Positions 25,296 to 40,000 of a stretch of DNA of 64,000 nt are shown here, in pieces. The notes beneath the pieces are model-generated. The model saw only the letters and a program-made list of their open reading frames with translations. It ran no database searches and had not been told where the DNA came from. Numbering within the stretch: position 1 is the first letter of the stretch; every line of letters starts with the position of its first letter. The stretch is taken from NCBI GenBank assembly GCA_015680685.1, contig MNCI01000774.1:409528-473527 (forward strand). The letters run 5' to 3'. A program made the translations under genes and the position numbers. The DNA is from Gnetum montanum. Lineage: Eukaryota; Plantae; Gnetophyta.

Positions 25296-25990
25296 TGATG
25301 AGTGGCGAGGTACCCCTACACTCAACCATACAAATACAAGCATTACACGCGCAATTCGGTCGAACTCCATAGACTAAGTGCCTACACGCCTTATGGAACA
25401 CCTAAGGTTAATCGTTCATTGTCTTCCCAAACTTACTTGTATTTGTCACGGTTGTATGGTTAAGTAAGTCTGAGGTATGTGATTTTTATGTCTTTTATGT
25501 TTTATCGTTTATGCTAATGAGGGAAAAGGTGAAGAAACTAAGTAACTAACTTTAACTAACTAACTAAGCCTTAATTAACCTAGCATCAGTATCCGTTCCC
25601 ACTTGCCATTCACACCCTGAGCCGATGCAACCTTCTGGGATTACCAAATGCTATTCATTGTTGGGATTACCAAGCGTAATGCACGTGCTCGAAGAGGTCG
25701 TACTGAATGCACNCGCTCCTACTACGGGCACATGGAAATTATTCTATCTTTGGAGAGGTAAAACTGCCAGAGTTTCGCTAAGGTTCTAGATCTAGATGAG
25801 AAACAAGGGAGAGCCGCTTCTTATTTATAGAAATGGTGGCGAACTACGATATCGCAAACTGCGATATCGCATATGCGATATCGCGGGAAAGATGAGATAT
25901 CATGTATGATACATCGCGTACGATACATCGCGTACGCAATATTGTAGTGAGGACGTGATATCGTGGCCCATGTGATATCGCGTCCCATCA
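25296..25990 (-). repeat. Solo LTR, Athila-like family, reverse orientation
   Basis: TGATG...CATCA ends, perfect TSD ACTAT (25291-25295 and 25991-25995). Inverted copy of 27162-27930; contains a single N at ~25713. Confidence 0.9.
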
Positions 25991-27161
25991 ACTATGAGGA
26001 GCTATCAAAAACACCTATCATCAGACTAGAGGAACCTGTCAAAGCCTAACTTCATTCTACTCTAGTAGAGACACACAAGGGGAAGGCTATTGACTCAAGA
26101 TACAAGTAGGACTCTAGGCCAAGGGATCCTGCTAAATCTTATAGAATAAATCACAAGAGTCATGAGAGGAGAACTAGCTGACATTGTTTTCCTACCACCT
26201 CATCTACCTCATCACGATCATCAAAGAACTCTTACAGGTGAAAACACAAGTACTGGGATTATGATAGGGAAGAAAAGAGAACTCATTGTCATCATGACAG
26301 ATATTCAAGGTACTCTAATTCAAAAGATGAAGAGCATGAAAGAAAGAGAAGAAGAGATAGAAAAGAGGATCAAGAGAGGCATGATCATAGAAGGGGCCAC
26401 CATTACAACAAAGCATATGAACCTAATCATGATGATGAGCCCCTCATGGCAACTCGAAGCATGATCAATATTCAAGAAGCTGTCTACATACCAACTAGGC
26501 ATGTGAGAGATAGCCAAATCAAATGGCTAGATATGAACAATATGCCATGATTTGAAGGTGGTTACAACATTGATCCACAACATCACCTTCAAGCATTCCA
26601 TGATACATGTGCTCTTCAAAACATAGAGAGTGATTGGTAAACATTAAAGTTATTTCCTAGAATACTTGTGAAGGAAGTGGACTATTGGTACAAGTCACTA
26701 GAACCTAAATTCATTAGACACTAAAGTAGCATGCTTGAAATCTTTAATGACAAATATTAGACCTATTCATGAGTATTAAATCTATGAAAACAAACCCAAG
26801 GCTAAAAATAAGGGACTCACGAAACCCTTGATGCAGCAATGGGTAGATATTATTCATTGTTACATAGATGCCTAGGCCATAAATTTTCATCAAAGAAATA
26901 GCTTAGGCACATCATAGATGGGCTAAGAAGTAAAACTAGAGAGACTCTTGGGGTTTACGCATAGGGAAGATTATCAGAACTAATCATGCATTGTATTCAA
27001 AGACTAATCGATCAAGTGGAAAAAGAAAAAGGTGAACTCAGAAAAAGAGAATTAGTTGAAGAGTACAATAGGGATTCATCAGTAAGAAAGAAAGATGCAT
27101 AGGTGTGTGATACCTAAGAGGAAGAAACCTTGGACTAGGTAATCTGAAAAGAGATGCTACC

Positions 27162-27930
27162 TGATGGGACGCGATATCGCATGGGTCGCGATATCGCATG
27201 GTGCGTCATCATATCTATAAATAAGAGGCAGCTCTCCCTTGTTTCCTCATACTAGGCTTAGACCGTAGTGAAACTTTGGCAAACTGATCACTCCAGAGAT
27301 AGAATATTTTCCATGTGCCCGCAGTAGGAGTCCTAAAGTGAACGGATCTTTATTCGAGCAAACATTATACCTGAACACAAGTTTGTGTACGGCAATAAAG
27401 ACGAGCTTCTTGGATAAACCTTGCAGTGCATGGAATAGGCTAATTAGGATTTATTTTTTATTATTTACTATTTTCCATTTACATGCTTTATTAGTTATTA
27501 AATCTTTCTCATAGTTAAGTGCCTCAGTACGACCACTTCGAGCACGTGCATTACGCGTGGTGATCCCAACAACAACTAGTGTTTGGTAACCACGGTTGCA
27601 TTGGTTCAGGGTGTGTACGGTACGTGGGAACGGATGCTGACGCTAGGTTAATTTAGACTTAGTTTGTTAGTTAGAGTTAGTAATTAGTCTCTTCAACCCT
27701 TCACCTCGCTAGCATAGGAGATAAAACATAAAAAGATATAAAAATCATATACCTCAGACTTACTTAACCATACACCATGACAAATACAAGTAAGTCTGGG
27801 AAGACAATGAATAATTAACCTTAAGTGTTCCATGAGGCATGTAGGCACTTAGTTTGCGGAGTTTGACCAAATCGTGTGTGAAACACTCGTATTCGTATGG
27901 TTGAGTGTAGAGGTACCTCCCCACTAATCA
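27162..27930 (+). repeat. Solo LTR, Athila-like family
   Basis: TGAT...ATCA ends, perfect TSD CTACC (27157-27161 and 27931-27935), GCGATATCGC twice followed by TATA ctataaata. Confidence 0.9.
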
Positions 27931-29246
27931 CTACCAATCCAAAAATATGTTGTCGATGTAGTAGCATAGGTAGCAAAAATGTGGGACTTAGTTAATGAAA
28001 GGTATACCACAATGTTAAAGATTGTGGAGGAAAGAGTAGAATAAGCCTTCACAAAAGGTAAAGACAAAAAAAAAGAGAGAACTTAGATGAAAAGGCAAAG
28101 TTGTTTCAGTAGTTGAGTGTTCAGACACCAACTTCATAGATGATGAAGGTTGCACTGTGTGCTAGTACAAACATCCTAAGGGATGTTGTCCTGTTATGGC
28201 ACATCTGCAAGAAACAGGGGCATATGCACTTAATCCAAAATTTGTTAAAAGACAAATGCCTAAATGGTTACCTTATCCTCAAGATAACTACCAAGAGAAC
28301 CTTCAACTAATGTACTATCCTAGTGGAGCTCTGCCACAGCTACAAGAGCACTATTAATAGTAGCGATAATAGCCTCAATCGTGGGCTATGCTACCACCTC
28401 ACCAAAAATATTCATACCGACAACTAGATCTATATGGATATTTCATCCAACATCTAGTATTGCCTGATCATGCCATTGCTTGGGCCCCACAAGGACTAAT
28501 CCAAACTTGTACGTGCATCCACAAGTAGTTGATTTTCCAAATCCCAATTCAAATCCTTTGCCACTAGTGCCACTGCCCATAATGCAAGGGGAGTTTCCAT
28601 CATAGCCACAACAAAAGAAAGCTACAAGGGTAGTGAACGTATAAAAAAAATATCTCACCAACACTACGAAGGGCCAAACAAAGAAAAATCATTTTTTAGG
28701 GTGAGTCCAAGAAGGTTAACTATCAAGGGCAAAAAGATGTAGCAGCAAACCTAGCTAGGAGATTATCAAACTATCATGAATTAAAAGAAAAGGCTAGAGC
28801 ATTTGAGGAAGAAAGGAGGAAATTCATAGCTTGGTATGTCAAAGCAAACAAAATGTTTCCATAGCTACCATGCCCATGGGACATTTCAATTTCATCAAAC
28901 ATTGGTTCATTAGCATGAACAGTTTATGATCCAAAAAAGAAAATCTCCAAGTACTCCTAAACTGATACAGATTCTAGAAGCTTGATGATAAGGGGAAGCA
29001 ACCAATGAAAGAGCCATCACCACTTGGAACAACATAAGGCTACATCCAACTTCGTCAGATTTTTGTTTTTTGTTTTGTGAAGTTGTTATGTTATGAGTTG
29101 TGTCATGTTTGTAAACTCCATTGTGGCATTAGAGAGTCATGTATATAAGAGTCAGTTTCATGTAAATCTACCTCCTAATTTTATAAGGAACGTTATCCTC
29201 ATTTTGTTTTAACTCGAGGACAAGTTTTGAGTCGGTTGTTTAGGTA

Positions 29247-30084
29247 TGATAAATCGAATTTTTTCTTGGCCATGATATCAGGTATTCGATATCAGATCCC
29301 TAATATCGGGGCATAAGATATGATGTCACGTATTTGATATCGCAGATGTGTGTAGGCCTATAAATACAACACTTAGACACACCATCCACAAATAGTCTCA
29401 TTAGACACTTAGCAAAATTACATCAGTTTGTTTTCTCAATTTTAGCACTTAGCACTTAGAAGTGTATGCCCATAATGTGATGTTTTGTAATTGAATAGAG
29501 TCTTTATTCGAGTGAGATGTACTTGGACATGTTTCATGCATGGAAATAAAGATTGAGATTTCTATACATCATTGCAACATCACTTAGTTTTTATTGTTTA
29601 CACTTAGAATAATTTTCCTATTTTCACTTAACTTAATGATTACTATTTTCATTAGTTACTGATTTACTTTCTATGCATTTTACTATTTTTGTTGTTAAGC
29701 AGAATGAGTACAATTGATCTCGAGCACTTAAAGTGTAGCTACTTGGTAACCCAGTAGTACTATCACTTAGTACACCCAGTAGTGTGGTACTTGGTAATCC
29801 CAGTAGTAGTTATATGAAGTCCAAGGTGTGAACGGAAGGTCAGGACCAACTGCTCATTGCATAGGCTAGATTAGATTTGTTTATTGCTACTTAGATTTAG
29901 AAACTATTCCATTTACTTCATGTTTACTAGGAGCACTATAGCCAATACAACATCATCTATCATATACCTCATCACAAGTTAAACCATACACATCGAATTT
30001 ACTAGCTAACGTGGAAAGACAACAATTGCAAACTCTAACCAATTACTTGCATAATCACATTGCAAACTCTAACCATACTCATCA
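29247..30084 (+). repeat. 3' LTR of element C
   Basis: Starts TGATAA after ctcgaggacaagtttt...taggta and ends ACTCATCA. Shares blocks with LTR 1504-2361 (gtgtatgccc.taatgtg, gagcactta..gtgt..ctacttggtaacccagtag). Confidence 0.8.
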
Positions 30085-31037
30085 CCATTATTCTTATTGG
30101 ATAAGGATAAATTTGTCACATGAATTGCCTATGAAAATTGATGAACATTTTTTGAAGGATAGGTAAAAATATCTATGAAAGATTCTACTTGTTCATATTT
30201 TCTATTAAGGAATGATTTTTTAAAAAAATCTTTGGAATTAGCTTGATTTTTCTTATCTTTTACCTATCTTTGATTTTAATATGTATTTTCCTTTTTCTTA
30301 AGCTTCTTCTTCTCGATAAAAAAGGACATGTATTAAATAAATATTCCTTATAAGTATAAAGGCTATAATAATTAGGAAAATTATACTATGTAAGTAGTTG
30401 AATGTAAGTTTTCTTATGGCTCACAATACAGTATCATAAAATTTTGAAAATTCTTAAAATAAAATAATAATTAGAAAAATTATATGTAAATGATTAAAGG
30501 TAAATCTATTACTAATTACAATATAATCATAAGACTTTAGAAACTCTTAAAATAAGTATTATCTTTTTTAAAAAAATCAAAACTTTGATTATATATATGG
30601 TGCAAAAGCTCAATATACCTCTAAGTTGCATACCCACTCGACTTTAATCAAAACATTATAATAATAACTTGAGCTCACCACCGCATGCAAGTGTTATTAT
30701 TAACTCTTAATCTGTTTCTTTTACACAACTCATATAACCCATTACAAATTGATAATACACTTGATTTGGGAACTCCATATCATGAATTTTATTCCAGTGA
30801 AAATGCTGAGTTATGCAAAGTTACATCTTGAAGTGTATCCATCTTTCCCTCATTTCAAGTCCCACCACCCACTACAAATTGATAAAACAGTGGTTCAGTG
30901 TCGGGGACCATTGTCACCCTTATTTGCTTAAAAGAAGAAGAAGAAAACATCCATGCCAACGACATAACAAATGTCAATATCATGGTGGCATCATAAAAGA
31001 TTCCACGATCGAAACGCAGCCTTCAAGCAATCGAAAA

Positions 31038-34000
31038 ATGCTCGGCATCTCCACTGGCCTGTTGAGCAGGAGAGCAGGCTCATCATCAGCAGCAGCCATC
31101 GCTGCGAAATTTGCTAGGGTTTTGAACGCCCCATCATTTCTAATCTCTGCGTATCCACAGTTTCCACAGCGTTCGAGATTTTACAGAACAAGAACGCTCA
31201 ATACAATGGCGGAAGCGGCTGCGCCGTTTGTTCGTGGCAATGTTTTCCCCAATGGTGTCGCTGTGCTCACATTGGATCGTTCGAAGGCACTTAACGCCAT
31301 GAATTTAGGTTGTTTCTCGCTCAACTTGGCGTCAATTTTACTTTTTCAGCGTTTCCATTTGTTTTGTCGTTGAGTGATCCTTGCAGTTAAATTGTTTTCC
31401 ACGGCAGGATCTTAGTTTAAAGTTTAAGATTTTAGGTGTCGTGGAATGCGCATAAGGATTTTAGAGATTTTATGCATACAGTTGACGTTTTTTTGAGTCC
31501 AATTAAAGGCCTGCTTATGCTAATTGCCTTTATCTGTTTAATTTTGAACTTCATGTGAAAGATTGAAGCCAAATCTTGGAGTTGACTTCTGTTAAATTTG
31601 TGAATTTGTTTTCTTTTAAATATGAGATTGAGTTTTAGTATATATCTAGAATAGTTTTAAAAATACGTCTTCTTTGTTTAAAGGTTGTGTGAAAGCAATA
31701 GCCTGTAATCTCATTTCTGCTGTGGTTTGTGGTGTTGAAGATGCTAGACACGTATAGCTAAACTATGGCAATACATGAACTTTAATCTTCCTGGAATGTA
31801 TCATGAAATTGAATAGTGTACATGTTGAGAATGGAAGAATTCAGGTCCAAGGAGTATATTCTTAAGGTTGCTTCTCATGGCATTAAGGGATGATTTTTAG
31901 AAATCTTAAGGCCAACATGGATAGCTTTATTGAATATTAAAGCTAATATTGATCATTAGAAAAAGCCATGATAATTGGATTGTTAAATATTGAAAATTAT
32001 GAAAAAAATTTAGATCTTTTCAAAGTCATCTTTGAAAGCTTTAATAATTGCCAATATTTCATAATATATTTTATAGCCTTTTCTAATTATCAATATCAAC
32101 ACTAATGTTCAATCAAACTATCCATGTTGGCATTGCTATTTTTAACAATCAACCCCTCAAGGCCAACATGAGGATCAAGTCTAAGAATATACCTATTTGG
32201 CTCAAATTCTCTGCATTTCAACATGTGCGCTATTCAAATTCATACCACATGTAAGTAAGATTACTATATATGTTGACATACTTGAACTATATGTGGCTAC
32301 TGACAACTTGCCAAAAGGAGCAAGGGAGACAAGGTAAAACACAAACACAACTTTTTCACATCTTGTTTACAGATATTAGAAGCCTTTGCTTCCACACAGC
32401 AAACTTTACCTTTAAACAGAGATTACACACTCTCAGCTCACTGGTATCACCAACCCTAACATGGAATTAAATAGGCAGATCCGAGACTACAATAATAGAA
32501 ACAACATAGTTAACTTCAACATATAACATATGTAATTTTTTTTTTTAAAAAAACAGCTTTTAGACATCTAAAATAAAACTATTGTTGATTTCTAAAAAAC
32601 CCAACTTAATATTTTAAAAAAGATAAGTGCAACAGAAGTCAACTCCAAGATTTGGCTTCAATTCTCTAACAATCTTGCATGAAAAACTCAGAGACAATAT
32701 TGTCAATCAAAATGTCTCCACGTAGAATAATCATGGGTCATATGCACAACCATTCAGATGACAACATAGCTCCGATACTAACTGTTACAGCTCTGATACG
32801 AGTTGGTATAAAATCAGGGAGAACCATCAGCACAATGGAGCATAAATAAATAAGAGAAAATATTAACTACACATCAAATGTTATTGTGACAAAAGAGAAT
32901 ATAAATCATCACAATAAATACGTGTAGTTGTTTGTACAACAAGCAACCTATTTCCAAATCTAGTTGATGATATCTCATGGTTACTCCATCTTTTCTTGGA
33001 TCATCTTCAGATATGTTTTAGACATTCCAAAACTCTTGTAAGGAATCTATCCTTGAATTCCTTAAAATGTACACTGTCTAATAGATTTATTGGGTTTTCA
33101 TGGATATAATTAAATACCAGTTTCAGTGTAATAAAAAAATGATTATCTAGAACTCAAATTATGAATCGGGAGCCATGCCTTAATCATGTGTAGGCCATAT
33201 CATTAAGATTAAAGATTCTCTTGTTATGCATCATGGTCTGCAACTTGCCCATTTTGCATTGCAAATGACAGCATGAGATCTTTAGTCCTATCGTTATTTC
33301 TTATATATGAAATGCCCGGCTCTGAGTAAGACACGATAATATCCTTTCTAGACATATAAGATTCATTCTATGTACAAATTGGATAAAGGTAGTAGCATTC
33401 ATCCATGAATTTAATGCCTAGATTATGATTGTTCATGAACCGTGGGATGTCTTTAGTAGCCAACTTAATATTTCCTTGCTTTTTACATTGTTGGAGATGT
33501 TTTCTGGTCTTGAATTCATATGATGGTTACATACGCTCTAATAACCGGAAGGACAAATAACTTGATCACTTTCCTGGTTGATGTTTCTGCTACCAAAAGG
33601 CACCATTTTCCATAGCAGTATGATTTTGGTAACAAAGTGACTAGGTACATGTACAGTAATAAATTGGCTATTCAAAATTGTAACAATCAGGAATAAGATC
33701 TGGTCAGTAGCCTTTAATTACTTTCAGGTGTAGAGTAATACGTATCTATTTCAACATTTTCATATGCTCTGCTTGATTTTCTGATAAAATGTACCCCAAT
33801 ACACTTGTGGGGACATGCATACCCACCTCAACAATGCTATGAACCGATCTTTACTTTTTAATATACCCCAAGTAATTTCTTTGATTCATTTGTAATCCCA
33901 CTGCCTTAGATTTTCAAGTGTAATGGTTGGGATGCATTAGAATTGATTTCCAAAGGATTTATAAAAAATAAGGTAAATTTTCTTAATAAATAGTTTATGA

Positions 34001-37000
34001 GATGGACTTGAGAAGTAAAGTCAGAAATGTTAAGAATCGTATGTAGCTCAGGTGGATGTGGGAATTTTGTAGTCTGACAATTTTATATCACAATTCAGTA
34101 AACCTTAGGTAAGTAGACTAATAAATGATGTAGTTTGAATCTTCTCAGTAGTATTCATATATAGATGGAAGCCTTCAAGGGTCCTGTACTTTACTGTTTA
34201 TGTTCACAAGTCTGTTTGTGATTTTCCAGTGTAAATCCAACTACCTTACAAATCCCATTTAATTAGTTCATTAAGAAATGGTGAAATTATATCAGCGACA
34301 CTCAATAGATCAAGGAAAATTCTTAATTTCAGGTGTTCTATCAATCATTCAGCAGATGTTATTTTATGGAAGGAAAGCTATTAGCAGAATTTTGGAGGGG
34401 GCTGAAATCAGAGAGAGTATGGTGATTGTTAGTAAAACGTTGGAAAGAGAATGCAATAAGTTATTAATAAAATTTTCCACTGACCTGCTCAAACGAAAGT
34501 AGTTTTTACAAGGTGTTGCCATGAATAAATTTATGGATACAGATTGGCTTTATTAGAATTTATAATTGTTGACAAATTTGCCTGAGGATGGTTAATTCTT
34601 TTTAGAACACTGTATATGATGATATGCTGAAAATCCAGGGTTTCAAACTCAGATATAATCAAATTTTATTATCATAGTTTGCAATTTGTGTTTTAGAATT
34701 CCTGTTGTCAATACATAGGTAGCAGGCACCACTCCTACCCTTCAATGTAAGTACTCATTAACAGTCATATCTAAACATGCATGATTGTGAATTGTGAAAG
34801 GCTAAATCACATAGCCCTAGATCTACATAATTGAATCGATCTGTCAAACTGCATACTTATGTGAAGATTCTTAAATTTACGTATCATATTGTGAACAAAT
34901 CTCTTAAATGTTATTTAAATTGTGTTTAAACCTTTTTCTAAACATATGAGATCCTTGAGTAATGATACTCTTCTTATTTTACCTAAAGCAAGCCTCCTTC
35001 AGATGTTCATGTTTATCAATGAACTAACAAGTTTCTTTTCTAATTCTGTTCAATATGAATGTTTAGCTTCATTGCCTTTAAGAATATCTATAGACTGTTT
35101 TTACATGCTCTGCTGACTTCCTGCATAACCTCCACAACTCCCATGCAATATATTAAAAAATTATAGTTAATCTTGAATATGAACAGATCCATATGTTCTT
35201 GCAAGAGGATTTAGTAATATGTTATATTTAAAACATTCATTGAATAAGGCATAATAATTGCCAATTCAGAATCTAGATGATTCTAGTATGAAGCAGTTGC
35301 AATTAAGAAAAGATGTTTTATGAAATTTTCAAAAACAATTAGGTTCTGAAGATATATAATTAGGAATGCCTGTCCAAAACTTATCAAGAGACAAAAGACA
35401 ATACTACTTCTCCGTGGAAGAAGCCTGGTAGTCAGGGGCCTAAAGGTGCCAAAACATTTCTTTGACCTACTTTAACTAGTATGTACTCTATTTGTTGTTT
35501 GGGTCTTTGGGGAAACATATTTATAGGCGGAGTTAAGACAAGATCCTTGTATAGCCAGCGAGTGGCCTTTAGATAACTTATGCTGTCATCATTGATGTGA
35601 ATCAAAGTCTAAATGATGTCTTGTTCAATGAGTTGACACCTTATGACATGGATCACCATATCCAAATTCATAGTTTGAAGATAATGTTTTCCATATTTTG
35701 CAATTAGTATTCCCTTTTTCAGTGTTGACCTTAGCTTGATTCTAGAGCTGAGTTGATATTAAATATTGTTAATTGTGCACCTCTTTATTTTTCTCATCTG
35801 CTTGTTTTGGTAGCATATCTAGTTTTTGACATATCTATTATGTCTATGAGAATAACTGATGTAGTTGCATACTCACAGAGATGGACATACAGTACAAAAA
35901 TTATTTAGAAGAATGGGCCCTTGATACTAAAGTTACATGTGTCCTTGTAGAGAGCAGTTCCTCTCGAGCTTTTTCCGCAGGTAAGGCTCCGCTGAGCAAT
36001 ATGTTTATTTTTCAGAGTATTACATCTAAAGCCAATGAGATTCTCATTTACACCAATTATGTCATCATTTGATTACTGTTATGCATGCAGGTATGGATAT
36101 CAAGGGTGTTGCTGCTATTATAAAAGAAAACAAAAATTCTGATATTGTTCAAAAGGTTATTTTATCCTCAAAGTGCATGATTTCTGAAAAGATTAATCAT
36201 TACTTTCTATGCTTTTGGATAAGAAATTTAGGCAGTTACTTGGTGATTTATGAAGTTAAAAGGGTTACATTCCTGAGGACAAAATGCAGGTGGGGATGTC
36301 AAAAGGTTATCGAGTGGCGGCACAGAAACAAGAATATTTCAAGTAGCTTCTGAGGTTTTTAATATAGATTTAGCTTTTTTTCTCATCTCAAACTACTTAT
36401 AAAACATGGCTTCCTTAGATTAGAAAAATGATTACAGACAAATCTTTTAGTCAGTTTTGATTTTATGCTACTCATTATTTCTGAGATAAAATTATAAAAG
36501 TATAGAGAAGTTTTAGTGGGTAATCAAAGATGAATTAATTTGTACAAATAACAAAATACTTAGGAGACGGTGGTAGATTTACTGCTGTAGCCAATGATTT
36601 TGTTGGGGTAAAGATATATTCCCAAAATACTCGGCATAACAAAGTCATCCACAGATTGATGCTGATATGCCATTTCTATATCGATATTTTCTTTCTGATC
36701 ATTATAGAGAGATCATTTAACATCTCAAATGTAGTGCCATCTAAGCAAAAAATAGAGCTAAAAGAGAGCTCTTTTGTGTCTCTCACTGTCTCTACTGTTT
36801 GAAATCCAGAGAGTAATAGGCCTACCTCCTTTCTCTTTACCCTCCTTCGGATTTGGGATGAAAGAAGATTTCCTTGGGATTAGTACAGATTTGAAACTTT
36901 GATGCAGTCAAAAACTATTGGAGGATTTTTCTTTTTCTTTTCTTTTTTTAAAGCCTTTCAGCTCAGAGACTGGCTCAGAAGTCTACCTGTCCCTTGTTAT

Positions 37001-40000
37001 ATTGTATTTAATTTTCATTTTTCATGTTGTTTTAAAACAGGTAAAGAGAAAATTTAATTTATGACATAAAATTTGAAGATAGTCCTGGAATCTTGAGCAT
37101 TGACCCAATAACATGTTCAAAGTTCCATTGCATAAGCTGTTGAAAACAATGATGATAATACAAAAAATACAATGATAATTTGAAACTACCAATCTATTCC
37201 CAACCTTAGTAAATAGAGAGTCAAATAATTGGGCAGTCATGTTACGTTTTGCATTTTACATTCGTTTTCTTTCCTTTTTTTTTTGGCTAGCCATTGTATC
37301 TAGATTGCTTTCTATCCTTTGAAAAATTCTGCTATCTCCTTCCTTTTCAACCTTCAAATATAACATGTACTAGCAGAGCACCCCAAATTGTATCAGTACA
37401 ATTGATGTAAAGCTTTGTTATGAGTTATATTGTTCCATTCCTATTCAAGACTTGGAAGGTTATTGTTAAATCTATGATACTGAAGTTTAGATTATTAGTT
37501 GTTTTTCTCATAATAAGCAGCCATTAGCACATTGCTGCAAATAAAGAGCTGACCTTGATTTGAAATATATCAGAAATTTTACTATTTCATAGATTAATGA
37601 ATTGGTTAGTTATCAAATAATTTTAACTTCATTGCATCTTTTGAGTTTTTTCTGAGTTTTGAAATATGGTGAATTGCATTTTTTTTGCAGATCTTCTCAG
37701 CAGAGTATAGTCTAATTTGTAAAATTGCAAATTATAAAAAACCTTATATTTGCTTTATGGATGGGGTGACAATGGGATTTGGAATTGGACTATCTGGTCA
37801 TGGCCGTTATCGAGTGATTACTGAGGTTCAGTGTTGTTTCATGCGATGTAGATATTTTGCATCCTATTTCTACCTATTATTTTTAATTTTTACCAAAATT
37901 TTATTTAATTTTTTTTTCAATATTTATTAACATTATCTTTTATGTTAAAAAAAATCTTTCAGAGGACACTGCTTGCTATGCCAGAAAATGGAATTGGCTT
38001 ATTTCCTGATGTTGGGTTTTCTTTTATAGCTGCACGAACCGCAGGGCAAGGAGCTTTAGGTATAGTGCATTGATCGTTCTTTCTTGATTAGTTATATATT
38101 GTATAATGCCTTTATTAAATGAATCATCTTGAAGTCTTAAAATAATTGCTGTTATGATACTCTTGATTGTTGAGTGCCTCTCTTCACCAATTTTGATCCA
38201 TGTTTGGAATTTTTGTAGATTTTAACTTATGACGATGAAAGCATGGCTGTAGATGCATAAAAACTTGACATATTTGTCAAAGATGATGTATTTTAAGCCT
38301 GTAAACATAAAGCATGCTGGTCATTTTTGTTTATATTCGTTTTCTTTTATTGAATTAATCAAAAGTTATATGTTTTTTACGACATGAAATTATACTAGTT
38401 TGAATCTTCTCTAAGCTCATCTTTGGTGGTGAGGAATGAGAGGGATGGGATGTATATTTATATGGGTACAAAGTCATATCATATGAAGTTTTGTAACCTT
38501 AAATTTTATTCTATTTTGTTAATGTGGACCGTGTTATATTTTATTACATCTTCTTGCATTTTTACATGTGCAGGAGCTTATCTTGCTTTGACTGGGAAAA
38601 GGATTGCAGATCCTGCTGATGCTCTATTTACAGGCCTGGGCACACACTATGTGCCAGCAAAAAATCTGCCAGCATTGAAAGAATCTCTACTCCAACTTGA
38701 CTTGTATGTTGAGGCCTGTGACATACTTATTTTGTGGTTTCTATCTTGCAGTTTTATGTATGGATGGAGTTATAATTTTTAAATGAGAAGACGTATTTGT
38801 CGTTTCTTTTTTTGTAAATTCTGTTGCATATTGATGAATCATGTAAACATAAAAAATAGTTGGTAATTTCAGGTCAAATAATCCTCATGAAGAAGTTCAA
38901 AAGTTGCTATCAGACCATTCAAAAGGACTTGAATCGGAGTCTAAGCTGCAGGTTCTTCTTCCATCAATAACATCATGTTTTGGTAAAGATAAATCAGTTG
39001 CGAAGGCAATTGAAGAATTGAAAACTCTGCAGTTGTCGTCTGATTCAACAGGTCGTGAAATCTAATTGCTTGATTATTTTGTGTTTAGAAAATAGGAGCT
39101 TGCATGATATTAACTGACAGCTAAGAAACAGAGTACATCACTTTTGGAAAGTAAAATTGTCAGTTTTTCTTTTTTAAAAAAGAATACAATGATTTCTGTC
39201 AAGAAAAACTGCCAGAAACGATGAGTTGTAAATACCCCATAAACCAAAGCAAAAACATAAGTAGAAATAACTAGAAACTATGCAGTAACTCATGACTAAA
39301 TGGATTTTATATCTAAATTTTAGTATCAATACAATCTTATTTTTACTTGCTAAAAGATGCAAACACTGGCATACGCGGATGATACCCAAGGAAAAATCCA
39401 TTGTTCATTTGTAAAAAAATCAGGTGCAATAGAAGGAAATCATGTCTGAACTGTTTGTGTGACATTTCCAGATCACTAATTTCAAGACAAAATGTTGGAA
39501 GACACTAGGAATATTTGGTAACATTTGAATCATACTCGTTGAGAATTTTAAAGCTGTAGGAACATCCTAGACTTTCAAGAGTTCGATACTCTTGGAAGTT
39601 ATGATCATGCATCAAAATTAGTGGAATGCTAAGGTTATCAGATGAAAACATGTTTAGAGACCCAAAGTCACATTTAGCACCATGAGACGTGTTGTGTTAA
39701 GCTCAGCAGGCGATTCATTGGTTTTTCAACCAATCAGTTGTGAGTTTGAGCTACAACCAGATGACAATGTAGAGGTGCCTTGCTGAATTGGAAAAATTAA
39801 TGCCTTTCCCCTTTAGAGGAATTTGCAGATGTTAAAAGTATAAGCCTGCGTGAGAAACTTGACAAGATGTTCTTTATTATTTTTGGAAGCTATGCAATAA
39901 AAATGGTTCTAGATTACTAAATGTGCTTACGTTTTAGTCAAATTAAGTTTGTCAACTTCAAGCCTTTTCCCTAATATTTATTTGAATGTTCTGGATGAAG

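Larger units (their letters stand above)
25100..30084 (+). mobile_element. 3' part of Athila-like element C: decayed gag without pol, plus 3' LTR (non-autonomous)
   Basis: Gag core at ~26540-26760 (FEGGYNIDPQHHLQAFHDTC...LKLFPRIL...YWYKSL) and a Cys/His remnant at ~28150. No RT or INT motifs occur before the PPT and LTR at 29247. Confidence 0.7.

Noticed and set aside
30813-31037. Upstream in-frame extension of the HIBCH-like exon 1
   Set aside because: The ATG at 31038 has good context and begins a presequence-like segment; the extension looks like promoter or UTR sequence.
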